DNA of 64,000 nt. Source: Escherichia phage vB_EcoM_G8. Below are positions 60,086-64,000 of this stretch, in pieces. Below the pieces are notes generated by a model. The model was not told the DNA's origin, ran no database searches, and worked only from the letters and a program-made list of their open reading frames with translations. Location of the stretch: sequence record NC_054915.1. The stretch is one strand, 5' to 3'. Position 1 is the first letter of the stretch; the number at the start of each line of letters is the position of its first letter. The translations under genes and the position numbers were made by a program.

Positions 60086-61545
60086 AGACCAGTTACCTCA
60101 TGAAAATCGCCAAATACATCTTCGAACGTATTAGCTTTAGTTTTATCTTCACGTAAACGAATCGCAATCGGAAGAAATAATTTAACGTAATCAGTGCGGC
60201 CATCAGATTTTAACCAACCGTTGCATTCGCACTCTAGAATTTTTCCAATATAATAATTTTGGTTTTCCATAATGCGAGTACGGTCAAGTTCATGCGATTT
60301 TACACCGGCTTTATCTTTTAAGCCTGAACCAGCATTTACCTTAATTTTTCCACACTCTGACTCAAGAATAAATCCACCTGCTTTAGTAGGGTCTTTACGG
60401 TGAGGATAAATTCCTACAATTTTTAAATCAACATCAATTACTTCTTTAAATTTATAGATATTTTTTGAACGAGCATTTTCCCATAATCCATCGATATTTT
60501 TGAGAATAATACCTTCAAGACCTTGGTCAATATACTTTTTATAAATTACCTTAGCTTCATCTAGGTTATTTACTACCTGGTTTTCAATTAAAATTACTTT
60601 ATCATAGCCTGATGTCATTTGTTCTAGTTTAGAAAAACGTACATCATATTTCAAACGAAATGCAGGAAGACCGTATATTTCTACCAACGGGACATAATCC
60701 CAGACCTGAAACTTCATGCATTGAGCTTCTTTTTCAGAAATGGTTCCCTTTAAAGATTTATTGGCGATTCCATTAGAAGTAGTACGTGATTCAGCTACTT
60801 CGGCGAATTCTTTGGCTTTACTAATTTCAGGATAAGCATCAAAAAGAAAATCTAGGCCTTCTGGCTCCTTTTTAACTTGCTCATGGTATACCAATTCGCC
60901 ATCAATTAACACGCCTTCTGGATGAATCTGGCGGGCTTCAGCGGTCATTTTGATTAATTCTTCCTTAAGAAGATCTAATCCTAGATATTCATTACCGGCT
61001 CGTGATAAAAGACGAACATCATCTAATTCATCACCTCTGACTTCGGCAAAGCACCGAGCCCCATCAGCTTTTAACTGGGCAAAGGCTGGAAATTTGATAT
61101 TCTTATTAATGCCTTTTTCATCATAAGAACTTGCAAGCATTTGAGGTTGTTCAGGAATTAAACCTGGCCAAACTTTGTTTGCAATAGATACTGAAGCACC
61201 ACATTCAAGGTCTCGCATCATCACTCGACGCAAAACTTCAACATCATCTTTTTTACCATCGGTGATATATCCAGTTAATTCCTCAATTGCTGCATTTCCA
61301 GTCAATTTCCGAGTAGCTAATGTGAATTCAATGAAGTCAAGCATATCGGTAAGAGTCAACATTCCAAAACTCTGGGTAGCAATACCAGGTTTAGGCCATT
61401 TCTTGATATAATACTGCAACCCACGAGAATAAGTCAGACGATATACTCGTTTAAGCAATTCATTATCTTCATTCTTTTCAAGAATTGCTTGCTTCTGCTT
61501 AGTTGAACCAATAGATGCTATTTCGTTCAGAATTTTAAGAATCAT
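60082..61545 (-). CDS. 30: ATP-dependent DNA ligase gp30
   Basis: 487 aa; adenylation motif AQLKADGARCF (KxDG). Confidence 0.92.
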   Translation of the reverse strand: MILKILNEIASIGSTKQKQAILEKNEDNELLKRVYRLTYSRGLQYYIKKWPKPGIATQSFGMLTLTDMLDFIEFTLATRKLTGNAAIEELTGYITDGKKDDVEVLRRVMMRDLECGASVSIANKVWPGLIPEQPQMLASSYDEKGINKNIKFPAFAQLKADGARCFAEVRGDELDDVRLLSRAGNEYLGLDLLKEELIKMTAEARQIHPEGVLIDGELVYHEQVKKEPEGLDFLFDAYPEISKAKEFAEVAESRTTSNGIANKSLKGTISEKEAQCMKFQVWDYVPLVEIYGLPAFRLKYDVRFSKLEQMTSGYDKVILIENQVVNNLDEAKVIYKKYIDQGLEGIILKNIDGLWENARSKNIYKFKEVIDVDLKIVGIYPHRKDPTKAGGFILESECGKIKVNAGSGLKDKAGVKSHELDRTRIMENQNYYIGKILECECNGWLKSDGRTDYVKLFLPIAIRLREDKTKANTFEDVFGDFHEVTGL

Positions 61546-61811
61546 TATTCATCCTTCAGAGTTTGGTTTACAGCTCTATTATAAATCAATTCATCATTAA
61601 GCTCAGTCAAAGACTTATGATATGTGGTTCTAACTTTATTTCCTTGCATCCAGTGCTTGATATAAATGAAACCTTGCTCTACACATTTTTTAAAAATTCG
61701 TTCGTCTTTTTGAGCTCGGAATTCTGGATTGCATCTAAAAAATTGATTTACGTGACCGTAATCACGTGTAGTATTACCTTCATTTTCATAAATAGTGTGA
61801 ACAACAAACAT
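61545..61811 (-). CDS. hypothetical protein (30.1-like position)
   Basis: 88 aa ORF immediately upstream of the ligase gene. Confidence 0.65.
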   Translation of the reverse strand: MFVVHTIYENEGNTTRDYGHVNQFFRCNPEFRAQKDERIFKKCVEQGFIYIKHWMQGNKVRTTYHKSLTELNDELIYNRAVNQTLKDE

Positions 61812-62659
61812 TAGAATGCTCCTTGGAAAATATTATCACCACTAGTAAGTCTATTAAAATACCCTGCGTCGCCAGGCTTAATATAACTCCACGTATGGAA
61901 TGGATGCATCTGGTGTGAGTGCGTATAATATGGATGATATGGATTATAAGGATTAAATCCAGGAGTTCTCCAGGTAGTGTTCCAGCGAAAAGAATCGTTT
62001 TTAATCATCTTCTCAATTACATCTTTTATAGCTTTTTCACTATCAAAACTTTCTTTATTTTCCTTTGATGGAAAAAGCTTATTCTCTACATCATTCCATG
62101 TATAAACTCGCTGTGCAGTTTTTGGAATACTGTCACGCTCTCCTCGAGCCATCCAATAAACTGGAACATTTAATATTTCACTCGCATGATCGCAGTGGTG
62201 AGCGAGATCGTCAATATAACAAATTACGTTATATTTCTCTTTTGCCTTTTTGAACAACTCTTCTTTTGAAGAATCATGACCACACATCAATACTTCTGAG
62301 AAGGCACCAGGAAAAAGAGCATTCAAATTAAATTGACGATTCAGCAGAGCGTCAATAGAATCACCCAATGCTGTAACAGCTACAAAATTATAATCTTCTT
62401 TTAATTTGTTAATTACACACAGGGCATCTTTATATGGCGACAAGTAACGAATAAAATCTGAACGATTGTATTTTTCAATTAGCTTAACGCCAAGTTCTTC
62501 ATCACAATTAAAAAGTTTACCAGGAGAAATAAATTTCTCATCTTGGATCATTTTTAAAATATGTTCCAATGGAAGATTATATTTCTGAGCAAAATAAGGA
62601 AGGCCTGATTGCCAGCTTAAACATACTCCATCAATATCAGTTAAAATAGTAGGCTTCAT
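61811..62659 (-). CDS. HAD-superfamily hydrolase-like protein (30.2-like position)
   Basis: 282 aa; N-terminal ILTDIDGV matches HAD motif I (DxDG). Confidence 0.6.
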   Translation of the reverse strand: MKPTILTDIDGVCLSWQSGLPYFAQKYNLPLEHILKMIQDEKFISPGKLFNCDEELGVKLIEKYNRSDFIRYLSPYKDALCVINKLKEDYNFVAVTALGDSIDALLNRQFNLNALFPGAFSEVLMCGHDSSKEELFKKAKEKYNVICYIDDLAHHCDHASEILNVPVYWMARGERDSIPKTAQRVYTWNDVENKLFPSKENKESFDSEKAIKDVIEKMIKNDSFRWNTTWRTPGFNPYNPYHPYYTHSHQMHPFHTWSYIKPGDAGYFNRLTSGDNIFQGAF

Positions 62660-63120
62660 AGAGAGTCTCTTAATAGGTTTAACACATCAATAAATTCAGC
62701 TTCGGTTAGTATTGTATCATCTTTTGTTAGACCACTAGCCATGCTGTGCTTCAAAACTTTTCCTTTCGAGACTTGTAATGCATCACGAAAGCCCTTGTTT
62801 TGGATCGCTGCTTCAAAATATGCATTTGTGTATAATTCTTTCCACGCCGGGGAGTATCTTGAAAACGGAACTCCGAGCCAGAAGAGGGTCCCACGGTCCT
62901 GAGCTCTTGCATAAGACCTTCCAGCTTGCTGTGCGGCCAATCCAGACAACCCAAATATACGACGTTGTTGTTCAACATTTTTCACCTTGCACTCTTGGAG
63001 GAATCCTTCAAGACCTCCAAATTGAATACCATCCATAACGAAAGGCCATTGGGCGAAATTACTTAATGCGCATGATGGCCATCTAAAACTACTTCTAATC
63101 TCTAACTCAGACATTTTCAA
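62656..63120 (-). CDS. NADAR (YbiA-like) family protein (30.3-like position)
   Basis: 154 aa; LSNFAQWPFVMDG...EGFLQECK and AAQQAGR segments resemble E. coli YbiA as recalled from memory. Confidence 0.5.
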   Translation of the reverse strand: MKMSELEIRSSFRWPSCALSNFAQWPFVMDGIQFGGLEGFLQECKVKNVEQQRRIFGLSGLAAQQAGRSYARAQDRGTLFWLGVPFSRYSPAWKELYTNAYFEAAIQNKGFRDALQVSKGKVLKHSMASGLTKDDTILTEAEFIDVLNLLRDSL

Positions 63121-63312
63121 TACTTATAATTTCAACATCAGCCCAATGACCATAGCAAGGAAGACGAAATTCAACTGGCCAGTTAGGGTCCTTTCTAATA
63201 TAATAGACTCAACTCGTGGTTCTTCATGTTCATCAGTATATGGATTTTTATCTGTTACTTTATATGTGACCTTAATGTACTGAATTCCAAAAATCTTATT
63301 AATTAATTATAT

Positions 63313-63510
63313 TCATACTAATTCCTTTAATCCGTAAATAGGAGATAATTCATCACCCATGCGAAGGTCTTCATTTCCATCTACCCAGGAAACAATATAA
63401 GCCTCTTTTATTTGAATACCACTCCATTTAAATGGAGGTAGAACCTTAGAAATTAATCCAGGTATACCAACTCCCTTTAATTCAACAGTTTGACCTAAAA
63501 AGAATTTCAT
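63313..63510 (-). CDS. hypothetical protein
   Basis: 65 aa ORF. Confidence 0.5.
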   Translation of the reverse strand: MKFFLGQTVELKGVGIPGLISKVLPPFKWSGIQIKEAYIVSWVDGNEDLRMGDELSPIYGLKELV

Positions 63511-63797
63511 TAGAACCTCATCTGAAAACCATGCGATTTAACATTACCGCCACCAATATCAGAGATATTAATTTCGCGCGCAATTGAAGGGTCAATGTCA
63601 ATTTCGCGATTGAGTTTAGTGATAGCTAAAGTATCGCGCCCATTTACAGTACGAAACTCTAAAGGACAAACCACATCAACGTAGTTTTTAATCGATTCGC
63701 TAGTAGGTTGCAAATGTGCAGGAAGGTCTTTAGGCGCCTTTGAGAAAACAACTTCACAGAAATTTTTGCGGGTATCAAAATAAGTAGTCATAAACAT
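63510..63797 (-). CDS. hypothetical protein
   Basis: About 95 aa from Met MFMTTYFDTRKNF with GAGGAAA RBS; the ORF-track GTG start at 63983 would run through a terminator hairpin. Confidence 0.55.
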   Translation of the reverse strand: MFMTTYFDTRKNFCEVVFSKAPKDLPAHLQPTSESIKNYVDVVCPLEFRTVNGRDTLAITKLNREIDIDPSIAREINISDIGGGNVKSHGFQMRF

Positions 63798-63892
63798 AAC
63801 ATTTTCCTCAATAGGGGCCGAAGCCCTTTTCTTTTGTTTGTATAAGATAATACTATCACAAAGGAACCGTACTGTAAACAACTTTGTGCAAT

Positions 63893-63929
63893 CTTTGGAA
63901 AATAAAAAAAGGACTCCCGAAGGAGTCCT
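63893..63929 (-). terminator. rho-independent terminator (minus strand)
   Basis: AGGACTCC-CGAA-GGAGTCCT hairpin with a long A-run on the plus strand giving a U-tract in the minus transcript. Confidence 0.7.
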
Positions 63930-63933
63930 CAAC

Positions 63934-64000
63934 TTATGCTTTCTGCTTACCAAAACGAGAAGCATCATCTCGAAGAACCGCACGTGCTCGGCGCATGATC
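63934..64000 (-). CDS. C-terminal end of an unidentified gene running off the right edge
   Basis: In-frame reading ...RRARAVLRDDASRFGKQKA-stop ends just upstream of the terminator hairpin. Confidence 0.3.
   Translation of the reverse strand, partial: IMRRARAVLRDDASRFGKQKA

Overview
This window is a contiguous segment of a T4-like (T-even, Tevenvirinae) phage genome, read from gene order, product sizes and motifs only; no database search was possible. Minus-strand genes run from lysozyme e (5' part) through nudE and the e.2-e.8 small ORFs, stable RNAs, an 8-tRNA cluster split by the GIY-YIG endonuclease segB, a variable internal-protein locus, and 57B/57A/1/3/2/4. The plus-strand late morphogenesis block follows: 53, 5, 6-12, wac, 13-15, terminase 16/17, sheath 18, tube 19, portal 20, prohead core 67/68/21/22, major capsid 23 and vertex 24. 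Then come rnlB, hoc, inh, uvsW, uvsY, baseplate hub genes 25/26/51/27/28/29/48/54, alt with three downstream small ORFs, DNA ligase 30 and 30.x ORFs. Four things depart from the T4 layout as I recall it: a perfect 55-bp tandem duplication that frameshifts essential gene 28; a single 678-codon ORF of unknown function filling the gene 5-6 interval; an HNH/NUMOD homing endonuclease between uvsW and uvsW.1; and capsid-targeting-sequence ORFs in the tRNA-flank and ipI loci. Coordinates of short motifs (promoters, hairpins, tRNA ends) were counted by hand and may be off by 1-2 nt.
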